Origin: an uncultured Chloroflexia bacterium | GTDB lineage: Bacteria; Chloroflexota; Limnocylindria; Limnocylindrales; CSP1-4 | NCBI GenBank assembly: GCA_963829105.1 | Contig: CAWHHF010000023.1 | Coordinates: 125,417-189,416, forward strand | Length of the DNA stretch: 64,000 bases | Reading direction: 5' to 3' | Shown here: positions 28,978 through 38,142 of the stretch, piece by piece | How positions within the stretch are numbered: the first letter of the stretch is position 1 | Layout: each line of letters opens with the position of its first letter | Translations under genes and position numbers: made by a program | The notes under the pieces: model-generated | Told to the model about the DNA's origin: nothing | The model's input: only the letters and a program-made list of their open reading frames with translations | Database searches by the model: none

Positions 28978-29424
28978 GTACTGACTCTCCTCCTGCCGGC
29001 GGCCGGGCGCTCCATCGTGGAGCAAGGTCCGCCATGAACGTGGTGCGCTGCGTCGACTCGTTGGTCCGTCACCCACCTCCTGGCTGGTCGATCGCACAGG
29101 CGAGATGCCGCACATGCGCTCGATAGGCTTGTTCGAACAGGATCCCCGACCGCCCGGCCGCCACGGCGCCGGGGCGCGTGACAACCGTGAGCACTTCCCC
29201 GCGCTCCACGGGGAGCCCGGCGGTCCGGATCTTGATGGCGTTGACGGTGGCAAGGGTTCGGGTTCCGGCGGTCCGCCCCGGTCCAACCGGACCGTCCGGG
29301 CCACCGGTGGTCACCATAGCGTCCGCACCGGCTGCGTACACGCTGCGCACGCGGCCCACGGCCCTGCCGGGCCTCGCGCTGGGCCGCCCGACCTCGCGCG
29401 CGATCGGCCACCTGGCGGCACGCG

Positions 29425-30507
29425 TCACGCGCTCGCTCCGGTGGCCGGGGCGCCCGCCAGCAGGGCGTCATCCAGGGTCACGGGCTCCCAGTGTCCGCTG
29501 CGCATCGAGCGGTACGCGGCATCCAGGATCCCGTTCACCACGTAGCCGTCGCGGAACGTCTCGCCGGGGGCGTGGCCGGTTCGGAAGGCGTCGATCACGT
29601 CCGCCATCATCAGGTCGTGGCCGTGGACCCGTACCTCGTCCGGGACCGGGAACACCCAGCCCGTCTCGGCGTCCGCCTTTTCGACGAGGTAGCCCGCCGG
29701 CCGCTCCACGAAGGCCTTGAGCGAGCCCACGCTGATGTCCGTGATCAGCCGGCCGGCATCGCCGTACGCCTCGAAGCGGCCCTCGAGGCCGCCCTTGGAG
29801 GACCACGAGACGTCGATGGTGGCCGCCCGCCCGTCGGCGAAGCGCATCACCATCATCGCGTTGTCCTCGCCCGTGGTGCGGCTCCCGTGGACCAGCGTGG
29901 CGCCCCAGGCGAAGACGTCCGTCACGACCTGGTCCTTGCCGAACAGGAAGCGTGCGTACTCGGCGCCGTGCGAGGCCATGTCGAGCAGCGCGCCGCCGCC
30001 GGCGAGCTCCGCGTCCCAGAAGTGCTGGGCGTGCGGTCCGGAGTGACCCTCGCGGGCACGGACCGTCGTAAGCCGGCCGATGGACCCCGCGACGACCATG
30101 TCCCGCATCCGGAGCAGGTCCGGGTTGAAGATCACGTTCTCGAGGTAGGCGTTGAACACGCCGGCCTCGCCGACGGCGCGGAGCATGTCGGCGGCCTCCG
30201 CCGCGTTGCGACCGAGGGGCTTGGTGCAGGCGATCGCCTTGCCGGCGGCCGCCGCCGCCAGGACGGCCTCGCGGTGCAGGTGGTTGGGCAGCGACACGAC
30301 GACGAGGTCCACGTCCGGGTCCGCGCACAGCTCCTCCACAGAGGCGTACGGGCGGCTCCCGAAGCGCCGGGCATACGCCTCGCGCCGCTCGGGGTTCGCG
30401 TCGCAGCTCGCGACGAGCTGTGCGTCCCGCACGTAGCGCAGCCCCAGGGCATGGAACTCGCCGATGAAGCCGCAGCCCAGCATCCCGATGCGCACCGGGC
30501 TGGTCAT
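29425..30507 (-). CDS. Gfo/Idh/MocA-family oxidoreductase
   Basis: GMLGCGFIG, LPNHLH, CTKPL, GGGALLDMASH. Confidence 0.9.
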   Translation of the reverse strand: MTSPVRIGMLGCGFIGEFHALGLRYVRDAQLVASCDANPERREAYARRFGSRPYASVEELCADPDVDLVVVSLPNHLHREAVLAAAAAGKAIACTKPLGRNAAEAADMLRAVGEAGVFNAYLENVIFNPDLLRMRDMVVAGSIGRLTTVRAREGHSGPHAQHFWDAELAGGGALLDMASHGAEYARFLFGKDQVVTDVFAWGATLVHGSRTTGEDNAMMVMRFADGRAATIDVSWSSKGGLEGRFEAYGDAGRLITDISVGSLKAFVERPAGYLVEKADAETGWVFPVPDEVRVHGHDLMMADVIDAFRTGHAPGETFRDGYVVNGILDAAYRSMRSGHWEPVTLDDALLAGAPATGASA

Positions 30508-31300
30508 CAGTAGCCGCCCCCCTCGCCCGTCGGGGCGGCCGCAGGGGTCGGGGCGCCGCCGGCGTCGGGGCGGCCGCTGGGGTCGGGGCAGCCGCAGAGG
30601 CCCCGGCGGCCTTGCGCGCCCGGAAGTCGAGAATGATGGCCTCCGTGGCCGTGGCCCCGATCCGGGTCACGCCCAGCTCCATCACCGCCAGCAGCGCGTC
30701 GAGCGTCCGCACGCCGCCCGCGGCCTTGACCCGGATGTGCGGGCTCGTGTTCGCGCGCATCAGGCGCAGGTCGTCGTGGGTGGCGCCGGAGGGCGCGAAG
30801 CCGGTGCTGGTCTTGACGAAGTCGCCCCCGGCGGCCTCGGTCAGCCGGCAGGCGCGGACCTTCTCGTCGTCGTCGAGATAGGCGTTCTCGAAGATGACCT
30901 TGACGATCGCCCCGGCGGCGTGGGCCACCTCCACCACCGCCCGGATGTCGGCCTCCACGTCGGCGTCGCGACCGGACTTGAGCGCCCCGATCTGGAGCAC
31001 CATGTCCAGCTCCGTGGCCCCGTCCGCGAGGGCGCGCCTCGCCTCGAAGACCTTCGTGTCGGTGGTGTGGTTGCCGTGCGGGAAGCCGATGGTCGTGCCC
31101 ACCGCGACGTCGGTGCCGAGCAGGATCGCCTTCGCCCGCCTGACGTCGGCGGGCCGGACGCACACCGATGCGACGTCGTACTTCGCCGCCAGCACGCAGC
31201 CGGCCTCGACGAACGCGTCGTCCAGCTCGGGCCGCAGGAGCGAGTGGTCGATGGTCTTGGCGATGTCGCGCTCGGTGAGGCTGTCGATGGAGAGGGTCAT
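30507..31300 (-). CDS. deoC: Deoxyribose-phosphate aldolase (1-bp deletion in the C-terminal repeat at ~30555)
   Basis: IDHSLL, IGFPHG, ELDMV, VKVIFE, FVKTSTGF, KAAGGVRT. Restoring one base gives (AAAPTP)n-GEGGGY-stop overlapping the next ATG. Confidence 0.85.
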
Positions 31301-31322
31301 GGGGCTCCTGGCGGGGATGGCG

Positions 31323-32237
31323 CTAGCGGCAGTAGGGGCGGAGGACGTCGCGCGCGATGAGGAAGCCCTGCTTCACCTTCTCGTCGGTGCCCTCGAAGCG
31401 CCGATCCTCGTGCTCGATGATGCAGTCGCCCTCGAAGCCCTGGCGGTACAGCTCGCTGAACACGACCGACCAGTCCACCTCGCCGAGGCCCGGGATGCGC
31501 GGGATCTGCCAGCCCATGCCCATCGAGAACACGCCGCGCTCGTAGAGCCCGTCGGTGTCGATCATCAGGTCCTTGGCCTGGAAGTGGAGGACGTGCGCCC
31601 CGAACTCCTTGAGGAACCGGCGCATGTCGATCATCTGCAGGACGAGGTGGCTGGGGTCGAAGTTGAGCCCGATCGTGCCGCCCCACTGCTCCAGGATCCG
31701 GCGCCACATCCGCGGCGTCGTGGCGATGTTGTGACCGCCCGGCCACTCGTCGTAGGAGAACAGCATCGGGCAGTTCTCGAGGGTGATCTTCCGCCCGTGG
31801 TCCTTGGCGAAGCTGACGATGTCGGGCCAGACCCCGAGGGCCTCCTCCCAGTTCTGGTCCTGGTTCTTCGCCCCGTCGCCGCCCATGAACGTGTTCACCA
31901 GCGGGACGTCCATCATCTCGGCGGCTTCGATGACCTTCTTGAGGTGCCCGATGACGGACGCCCGGTGAGCGGGATCCGGATGCAGCGGGTTGGGGTAGAA
32001 GCCGAGGCCGGAGATGGCCAGGCCCTTCGCCTCGAGCTCGCCGCGGATCTCTGTTGCCTGTGAGGCGGAGAGGTTGGCGACGTCGATGTGGCTCGTCCCG
32101 GCATACCTCCGGGTGGGGCCGGTGCTTCGCGGCCAGCAGGCGATCTCCAGGACCTCGAAGCCGCTGGCGGCCGCCCAGCCGGCCACCTCCATGAGGGGCG
32201 TCTCCGGGAACGGTGCGGTCAGGAAGCCGAGCTTCAT
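31323..32237 (-). CDS. Sugar phosphate isomerase/epimerase (xylose-isomerase-like TIM barrel)
   Basis: LENCP, LNFDPSH, HFQAKD, PGLGEVDW, IEHED metal ligands. Confidence 0.9.
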   Translation of the reverse strand: MKLGFLTAPFPETPLMEVAGWAAASGFEVLEIACWPRSTGPTRRYAGTSHIDVANLSASQATEIRGELEAKGLAISGLGFYPNPLHPDPAHRASVIGHLKKVIEAAEMMDVPLVNTFMGGDGAKNQDQNWEEALGVWPDIVSFAKDHGRKITLENCPMLFSYDEWPGGHNIATTPRMWRRILEQWGGTIGLNFDPSHLVLQMIDMRRFLKEFGAHVLHFQAKDLMIDTDGLYERGVFSMGMGWQIPRIPGLGEVDWSVVFSELYRQGFEGDCIIEHEDRRFEGTDEKVKQGFLIARDVLRPYCR

Positions 32238-32265
32238 CGCGGCTGCTCCTCTGCGTGACGATCCA

Positions 32266-33424
32266 TCAGTCCCTCGCGACCCGGGCCCACGTCCCGGTCC
32301 TGGCGCTCTCGAGGACGGCGTCGCCGATGAGCATCTCCTCGTGCCCGTCGGCGAACGAGGCGTAGGTGTGGTTCGCAGACGGCGACCCGGCGGCGACGTC
32401 GTCGTAGATCGCGGAGAACACGGCGCCGAACGTGTCCGCGAAGCCCTCCACGTGGCCGCCCGGGAGCCGCGCCGCGGCGACGCCGGCCGGGTTCATCAGC
32501 GCCGGGTTCCGGAGCAGGAGCTCGTTGGGGCGGTCGCGGTGACCGATCCACAACTGCTCCGGTTGCTCCGAATCCCACGCGACGGCGGAGGAGGAACCGT
32601 CGATCTGGTAGGCGAGGCCGTTCTTGCGGCCCGGACTGAGCTGGGAGATCGCCACGCTGCCGCGCGCGCCGCCCTCGAAGCGCAGGAGGATCGTCGCCAC
32701 GTCCTCGGTGTGGATCTCGACCGGGATCGTCTCGGCCGCCCGCTCGGTGGAGAAGGTCACCACCGGGCCCGCGGGCTTGCGGCGGACCGGGATGAACGTG
32801 GTCAGGTCCGCCATGACGGCCTCGACCCGGAGGCTCGTGAGGAAGGCCGTCAGGTCCAGCCAGTGCGAGCCGATGTCACCGACGGCGCGCAGCGCGCCGC
32901 CCTGGTCCCTCTCGAGGCGCCAGTTCCAGTCGGTGTCGTAGAGCAGCCAGTCCTGGAAGTAGCGCCCGGTGACCAGCCGGACGTCCCCCAGCCCGCCCTC
33001 GCGCACCAGCGAGGCGACGTGCTGGTTGAGCGGGTAGAAGCGGATGTTGAAGTTCACCGCGTTGACGAGGCCGGCTCGCCTTCGCGATCGCGACCAGCTC
33101 GGCGGACTCCTCCGAGGTCATCGCCAGGGGCTTCTCGCACACGATGTGCTTCCCGGCTGCCAGGATGGCCTTCGCCTGGGGGTGGTGCAGCTCGTTGGGC
33201 GAGGTGACGTGGACAACCCGGACCGCGTCGTCGGCCAGCACGTCGTCCAGGGTCGCGTACGCCTTCGGCAGGCCGATCTCCGCCGCGCGGCGTTCGCCCA
33301 GCTCCGGCGATGCCTCGAGGAGTCCGGCAACGCTGACACCGATCCGACGCAGCGCCTCGATGTGGACGGTGCCGATGAAGCCGCTGCCGATGACCGCCGT
33401 GCCGATATCGCTACGTCGGGTCAT
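32266..33424 (-). CDS. Gfo/Idh/MocA-family oxidoreductase (apparent +1 frameshift at ~33073)
   Basis: N-half GSGFIG...CEKPL and C-half NFNIRFYP...QDWL...DIGSHW in different frames; removing one C gives KASGLVNAVNFN. Confidence 0.85.
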
Positions 33425-33492
33425 GACCGCGTGTCTCCTCCGTCAACGGGCCCGGACCACAATCGACCCGGAGCGGCCGCTCCCTTGCCGCA

Positions 33493-33527
33493 ACCAGTCT
33501 ATACATCTAGAACGTCCGACGCGTCAA
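33493..33527 (-). promoter_or_regulatory. Sigma70-type promoter overlapped by a dre-like (NagR/DasR) operator
   Basis: Minus strand TTGACG (33527-33522), 18-bp spacer, TATAGA. AGATGTATAGACTGGT (33508-33493) carries the GTATAGAC core of dre sites. Confidence 0.6.
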
Positions 33528-33583
33528 CAAGGAGCGCAATCATCGATGATCCATGGGCCGGCCGGCGGACCACGCCCCACCGG

Positions 33584-33749
33584 CGGTCTCCCGGCGACCG
33601 GGTCTCCCCCGGCGGCTCATCCAACCGCGCCCGGTCTCCCGGCGAGCCCGGTTCCCCGGCGCGCCCAGTCTCTCCCGGCGCGCCCAGTCTCTCCCGGCGC
33701 GCCCAGTCTCTCCCGGCACCTCATCCAACCGCGACCGGTCTCCCGGCGA
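33584..33749. repeat. Tandem/nested short repeat tract
   Basis: CCGGCGCGCCCAGTCTCTC x3 (~33656-33717), several GGTCTCCCGGCG units, and CTCATCCAACCGCGnCCGGTCTCCCGGCGA twice (33616, 33720). Confidence 0.85.
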
Positions 33750-33875
33750 CCCAAGGGTTCCGTCCCGCGCCGGTCGGGTCGCCGGGCGCCCGGTCTGTTG
33801 CGGAGGTGCTGCCTGCCGGGTGACGAACGCTCCACCGCGCGACCGGATCGTGCGGGCGCGGAACCGTTGGGTCAC
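33746..33875. repeat. 130-bp symmetric palindromic element, copy B
   Basis: GCGACCCAAGGGTTC ... GAACCGTTGGGTCAC; inner CGGTCTGTTGC (offset 45) and GTGACGAACGC (offset 74). Confidence 0.8.
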
Positions 33876-33968
33876 GGCCTGGTGGAGACGTCATGGCCCA
33901 GCCCCGAGGTGATCGCCAGGTGAGCGGCGGGCGATCGCCCGGTGAGTGACAACCGCCATGATGCGCTC

Positions 33969-34625
33969 GTGACCACCCGACAGCGACCCGGCGATCTCGG
34001 CGCGGAGGAGGCGCGACGCCAGCTGCAGACGGCCGGCCGTGAGATCCGCTCGGCTCGGCGGATCCTCGGCATCAGCATCGCCGCCGCAGCCCGGCATGCC
34101 GGGACGTCCGCCTCCCAGCTCGGGCGGATCGAACGCGGCGTCCTCCGGCGCCCGTCCGTGGACCAGGTCTTCCGCGCGGCACGAGCCGTTGGTCTCGAGC
34201 CGGCGCTCCGGCTCCACCCGGTCGGGGCCAGGATCCGCGACAAGGCCCAACTCGGTGTGCTTGCCCGCTTCGAACGCCTCCTCTCCGCTCCGCTCCGGAT
34301 GCATCGCGAGGTGCCGGTTCCCCGGCCCGGGGACCTTCGTGCGTGGGATGGGCGCGTCACCGACGGCACCGCCACCGCCTCGATCGAAGCCGAGTCCAAG
34401 CTCTGGGACGTCCAGGCCACGGAGCGCAGGATCGCGCTGAAGTCCCGCGACGACCCGGATGCCGGCATCGTGATCCTGGTACTGAACAGGACCGCGCACA
34501 ACCGGCGTGTCCTGGCCGAGCACCGGGAGGCGCTGCGTGCGCGGTTCCCGCTGGACGGCGCCGCGATCGCTCGCGCGCTCCGTGCCGGGAAGCTGCCCTC
34601 GGCGGGCGGGATCATCCTTGTGTGA
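33969..34625 (+). CDS. XRE-type HTH protein with C-terminal PD-(D/E)XK-like domain
   Basis: IRSARRILGISIAAAARHAGTSASQLGRIERG HTH; REVP...RAWD-x12-EAESK then VILVL. Start GTG 33969 (possibly leaderless after CATGAT) or 33942. Confidence 0.75.
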   Translation: MTTRQRPGDLGAEEARRQLQTAGREIRSARRILGISIAAAARHAGTSASQLGRIERGVLRRPSVDQVFRAARAVGLEPALRLHPVGARIRDKAQLGVLARFERLLSAPLRMHREVPVPRPGDLRAWDGRVTDGTATASIEAESKLWDVQATERRIALKSRDDPDAGIVILVLNRTAHNRRVLAEHREALRARFPLDGAAIARALRAGKLPSAGGIILV

Positions 34626-34929
34626 GCGTTGACCCCTGTGAACGCGGACCCCTGTGAGAGCGGCCCCACGGATTGTCAGGCCGGCTGGCGGTCGCCACGA
34701 ATGAGGATGTGGCCGAACCGGGCGAGATTGCCCCGACTCCCCGGCGCGAGTTCAGCCCACCAGGACGGCACCCCCGCCGAGATCCGGCGCCTCCCCAACG
34801 AAAGGGACTGATCCGGAACTGTGCCGGTCCAGTTCGACGATCGGTCCCGGCATCGCAGAGACATCCCGGCATCGCCCAGATGTCGCCGTTCCCCGAATGT
34901 CGCGCCCTGGCAGGCGTTCCGGTCGGGCC

Positions 34930-35059
34930 AAGACCCAACGGTCGCGCGCTGCGCCGAGGTGACCGCGCGCGGCAAGGTTCGTCCCGCGAGCCAGCCTCCG
35001 GGCGCGACAAACCGTGCCCGGGACGGCCGAAGTGTCCCCGCCTGGAACCGTTGGGTCAC
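34930..35059. repeat. 130-bp symmetric palindromic element, copy C
   Basis: AAGACCCAACGGTCG ... GAACCGTTGGGTCAC; inner AGGTTCGTCCC (offset 45) and GCGACAAACCG (offset 74). Confidence 0.75.
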
Positions 35060-35113
35060 CAAGGGGTTCGGCGGCATCACCAGGGCGTTCGGCGGCATCA
35101 CAGGGGTTCGGCA
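35057..35113. repeat. ~21-bp tandem repeat (about 2.6 copies)
   Basis: Repeated GG(G/C)GTTCGGCGGCATCAC directly after element copy C. Confidence 0.75.
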
Positions 35114-35200
35114 GCCGGGCACGACGCTCCCGACGTTCCCGGGAGCCCGGCCGCTGCCTCGGCCGCGAAGACCGTCAGTCTCGGACGGCGGCGCCCTGCT

Positions 35201-35989
35201 TCACGGGCGCGAGGCGACGAGGACCTCCACCCTGAACGGTTCCGTGACGTACCCGGTCGGGTGCAGGTCGAGGATCGTCGCCCGCGCGTCCGCTGCAAAC
35301 CGCTGGGCCCGATCGCCGAACATCGCCGGTGTCGAGAAGGAATAGGTGAATTGCAGGCCGACCGCCTCGTCCACCGTCAGCTGCCGCTCCCACTCCCACG
35401 TCAGCCCCTCGACAGCGGCGAACGGCGAGCCGGTCAGGATCTCGCGGTGGCTGATCGGCGCGTGCGTGTACGGGTCTGTCGCGTCGGTGTGGTCCGCGCC
35501 GAGGTAGTCGACGCGGAGTGTGTTGACGGCGTGGACCCAGTCGGGTTCGTCGGCCTCGTCCAGGTCATCGTTGATGGTCACGATGTGCGCCGCGGGATCG
35601 AGCAGACGATCGAGCACGCGGACGACCTGCGCACGGTCTGTCCAGTGAAACGAGGCTGCGAACGTGGCCAGGTGGACGCCGAACGGGACGAGCGCGTCCA
35701 GCTTGCTTGAGTCGCCCAGAAGCCATGTGATGTTGCGCCGCCCGGCTTCCTCGGCGTTCGCCTGGCCGATCGCGAGCATCCCCGGCAGCGGGTCGATGGC
35801 GATGACCGTCCCGGCGTGTTCAGCGAGCGGAATCGCCAGCTGCCCGCTGCCACACCCGATGTCGACCGCGGTCCGGGTCTGGTCGATGCCCACCAGGGCC
35901 GCCAGGCGTCTGACCTCGACCGTGGGGTAGCCGGTCCGATAGCGCGCGTACCCCGCGACGACCGAGGCGAAACGCTGGTGGGGCCTCAT
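35201..35989 (-). CDS. Class I SAM-dependent methyltransferase
   Basis: F...Y..YR.GYP, VDIGCGSG, AIDP, ASFHW. Confidence 0.9.
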   Translation of the reverse strand: MRPHQRFASVVAGYARYRTGYPTVEVRRLAALVGIDQTRTAVDIGCGSGQLAIPLAEHAGTVIAIDPLPGMLAIGQANAEEAGRRNITWLLGDSSKLDALVPFGVHLATFAASFHWTDRAQVVRVLDRLLDPAAHIVTINDDLDEADEPDWVHAVNTLRVDYLGADHTDATDPYTHAPISHREILTGSPFAAVEGLTWEWERQLTVDEAVGLQFTYSFSTPAMFGDRAQRFAADARATILDLHPTGYVTEPFRVEVLVASRP

Positions 35990-36107
35990 CGAGTTCGGAA
36001 TCCGTTGACCTCGCGCCGGGGTTCAGTCGTCCCGGATGCGATTCCTGGCGGCATGGAGTCGGCCTGATCGATCTCGCGGCGCGAGAGCGCACCCGCGAGT
36101 CGGAATC

Positions 36108-36827
36108 CTACCCTTGCCGCAGGAGCGCCGCCGCCGCCTCGTCCGCGAAGACCGTCAGCCGCGGGTGGCGCCGCAGGTAGGACGCCGGACAGTCCGACCC
36201 CTCAGGCCCCTCGAGCGCACGCCGCAACGCCTGCGCCTTCCGGTCACCCGCGACCAGGAGCCAGACCTCGCCGCCGGCGAGGATGCGGTCCATGCCGATG
36301 GTGATCCCCGCGCTCGGCACGGACCGCGAGCCATACCGGGCGCGGGCGGAGTCGCGGGACGCTGCCGTCAGCGGCAGCACGCGGGTCGGGCTGTCCGGCA
36401 CGGAGCCCGGCTCGTTGAAGCCGACGTGCCCGTTGGGGCCGAGCCCGAGGACCACGAGGTCCAGGTTCCGGGCCTCCTGGTCATGGCGCGCAGCGGCGGC
36501 CTCCGGCAACGGATCGTCGGCGTCGATCACGTGGACGACCGCCGGGGGCGCTGGAAGCCGGTCGATCAGCCCGGCACGGATGCGGGTGTCGCAGCGGGCC
36601 GGATCGCCCGGGGGGAGCCCGACCCATTCGTCCAGGAGCACCACCGTGGCGTCCTCGAACGAGCACGCGCCGTCCAGGGCCAGCGCGACGACCGCGTCAT
36701 AGACCGGCACCGGCGTGTCCCCGGTCGGCAGGCAGACACGCAGCGACGGGTTCGCACGCAGGCGCTCAGCCAGGAGGCGGGCGACCCGGTCGGCCCAGGC
36801 TGGCGCCGCGAGGATCTCGAGGTCCAC
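36108..36827 (-). CDS. nagB: Glucosamine-6-phosphate deaminase (NagB fold)
   Basis: LPTGDTP, LDEWVG, LGLGPNGHVGFNEPG, ITIG, PASYL. Confidence 0.8.
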   Translation of the reverse strand: MDLEILAAPAWADRVARLLAERLRANPSLRVCLPTGDTPVPVYDAVVALALDGACSFEDATVVLLDEWVGLPPGDPARCDTRIRAGLIDRLPAPPAVVHVIDADDPLPEAAAARHDQEARNLDLVVLGLGPNGHVGFNEPGSVPDSPTRVLPLTAASRDSARARYGSRSVPSAGITIGMDRILAGGEVWLLVAGDRKAQALRRALEGPEGSDCPASYLRRHPRLTVFADEAAAALLRQG

Positions 36828-36830
36828 CGC

Positions 36831-38027
36831 TCAGCCCGTGATGATCCGGTCGACGTAGTCGCCGGTGGACGCCTCCTTGAGGATCAGCTTCTGGCGGCCG
36901 TCGGGCAGGGTCTCGCGCTTGATCACGACGTCGTCGCCCAGCATCTCCCGCTTCGCGGCGATCCGCGCCGTGGTGCCGCCCCGCCAGTTGAGTTCCACGG
37001 GCTCCCAGGCTCCGCTCGCCGCCGACCGGTACGCGGCGTCCATGACGGAGTTGACGACATACCCGTCGTAGAGGGTCTCCCGGGGTTCCGTGCCGCCGTC
37101 GATCGCGTTGAACATGTCGGTGAACATGTCCACGTAGCCGAGCTCGGACACCTCGTCCCCCACCGGGAACAGCCAGCCCTTCTCCGTCTCAGCCTTCTCG
37201 GCCACGTATCCGCCCCCGCCGCCCGCGGTGAACATCTCGTAGCCGGTCCGCAGGAAGTGGTTGAGCCAGATCGTGCCGTGGGTGCCGGCGACCTCGTCCC
37301 GCAGGTCCATGCCGCCCCTGAACGTCCAGCTGACCTCGAACTGGCCGATCGCCCCGGACTCGAACCTGATCAGCGCGATCGCGTTGTCCTCGTCGTCGAT
37401 CGGGTGGACCAGGGTGTCCGTGGTGCACATCACGGACACCGGCCGGTTTCCCTTGCCGACGAAGCAGCGGATGATCTCGATGCAGTGGCAGCCGAGGTCG
37501 ATGATGGCGCCGCCGCCCGTCAGGCGGCCGTCCCAGAACCAGGCGCTGTGCGGGCCGGGGTGCGTCTCGCGGGAGCGGACCCAGGTCACCTCACCCAGCG
37601 CGCCGGCCTCGACGGACTTGATCGCCTTGAGCGACTTCGGCGTATAGCACAGGTCCTCGAGGTAGCCGCCGAAGACGCCCGCCGCCTCGACTGCGTCGAG
37701 CATCCGTCTCGCCTCGGCGGCGTTCCGGCCGAGAGGCTTGGTGACGAGGACCGCCTTGCCGGCCGCCGCGACGGCCTTCACGGCCGCCTCGTGGAGATGG
37801 TTGGGCAGCGCCACCACCACCACGTCCGTCTCCGGATGGCGGATCGCCGCTTCCATGTCGATGGTGGACTCCGGGATGCTCCAGCGTTCGCTGAACGCCT
37901 GCCCACGCGTCTCGTTCCGGGAGTACACGACACGGACCCGGTCACGCCCGCGCTGTCCGTGCAACGTCATCGTGTAGAAGTCCCCGATGAGCCCCGTGCC
38001 GAGCATGGTGATCGAGTGGGCCTTCAT
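36831..38027 (-). CDS. Gfo/Idh/MocA-family oxidoreductase
   Basis: [37 protein letters not shown]; paralogous to 29425-30507. Confidence 0.9.
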   Translation of the reverse strand: MKAHSITMLGTGLIGDFYTMTLHGQRGRDRVRVVYSRNETRGQAFSERWSIPESTIDMEAAIRHPETDVVVVALPNHLHEAAVKAVAAAGKAVLVTKPLGRNAAEARRMLDAVEAAGVFGGYLEDLCYTPKSLKAIKSVEAGALGEVTWVRSRETHPGPHSAWFWDGRLTGGGAIIDLGCHCIEIIRCFVGKGNRPVSVMCTTDTLVHPIDDEDNAIALIRFESGAIGQFEVSWTFRGGMDLRDEVAGTHGTIWLNHFLRTGYEMFTAGGGGGYVAEKAETEKGWLFPVGDEVSELGYVDMFTDMFNAIDGGTEPRETLYDGYVVNSVMDAAYRSAASGAWEPVELNWRGGTTARIAAKREMLGDDVVIKRETLPDGRQKLILKEASTGDYVDRIITG

Positions 38028-38142
38028 GGGTGGCTCCTTGGGCTTGCGGCGCGGCGACCGGCGATCGCGGGGCGTCCGGGTTCGGATGACCGATCACCGG
38101 TCGGTCGGGATTGTATCGATGCTCCCGTCCGCCCGGCGGACG

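Noticed and set aside
29468-31300. 610-aa DeoC fusion protein
   Set aside because: Read-through from a 1-bp deletion; the extension is an off-frame reading of the next gene.
33584-33749. Possible CRISPR array
   Set aside because: Repeats are directly tandem or nested without unique spacers of regular length; no cas genes in the window.
33746-35059. Canonical integron cassette array
   Set aside because: attC-like cores are present, but the spacer next to the core is fully paired, no clear L boxes with extrahelical bases were seen, sites do not follow stop codons directly, and there is no intI in the window. Kept only as a resemblance.
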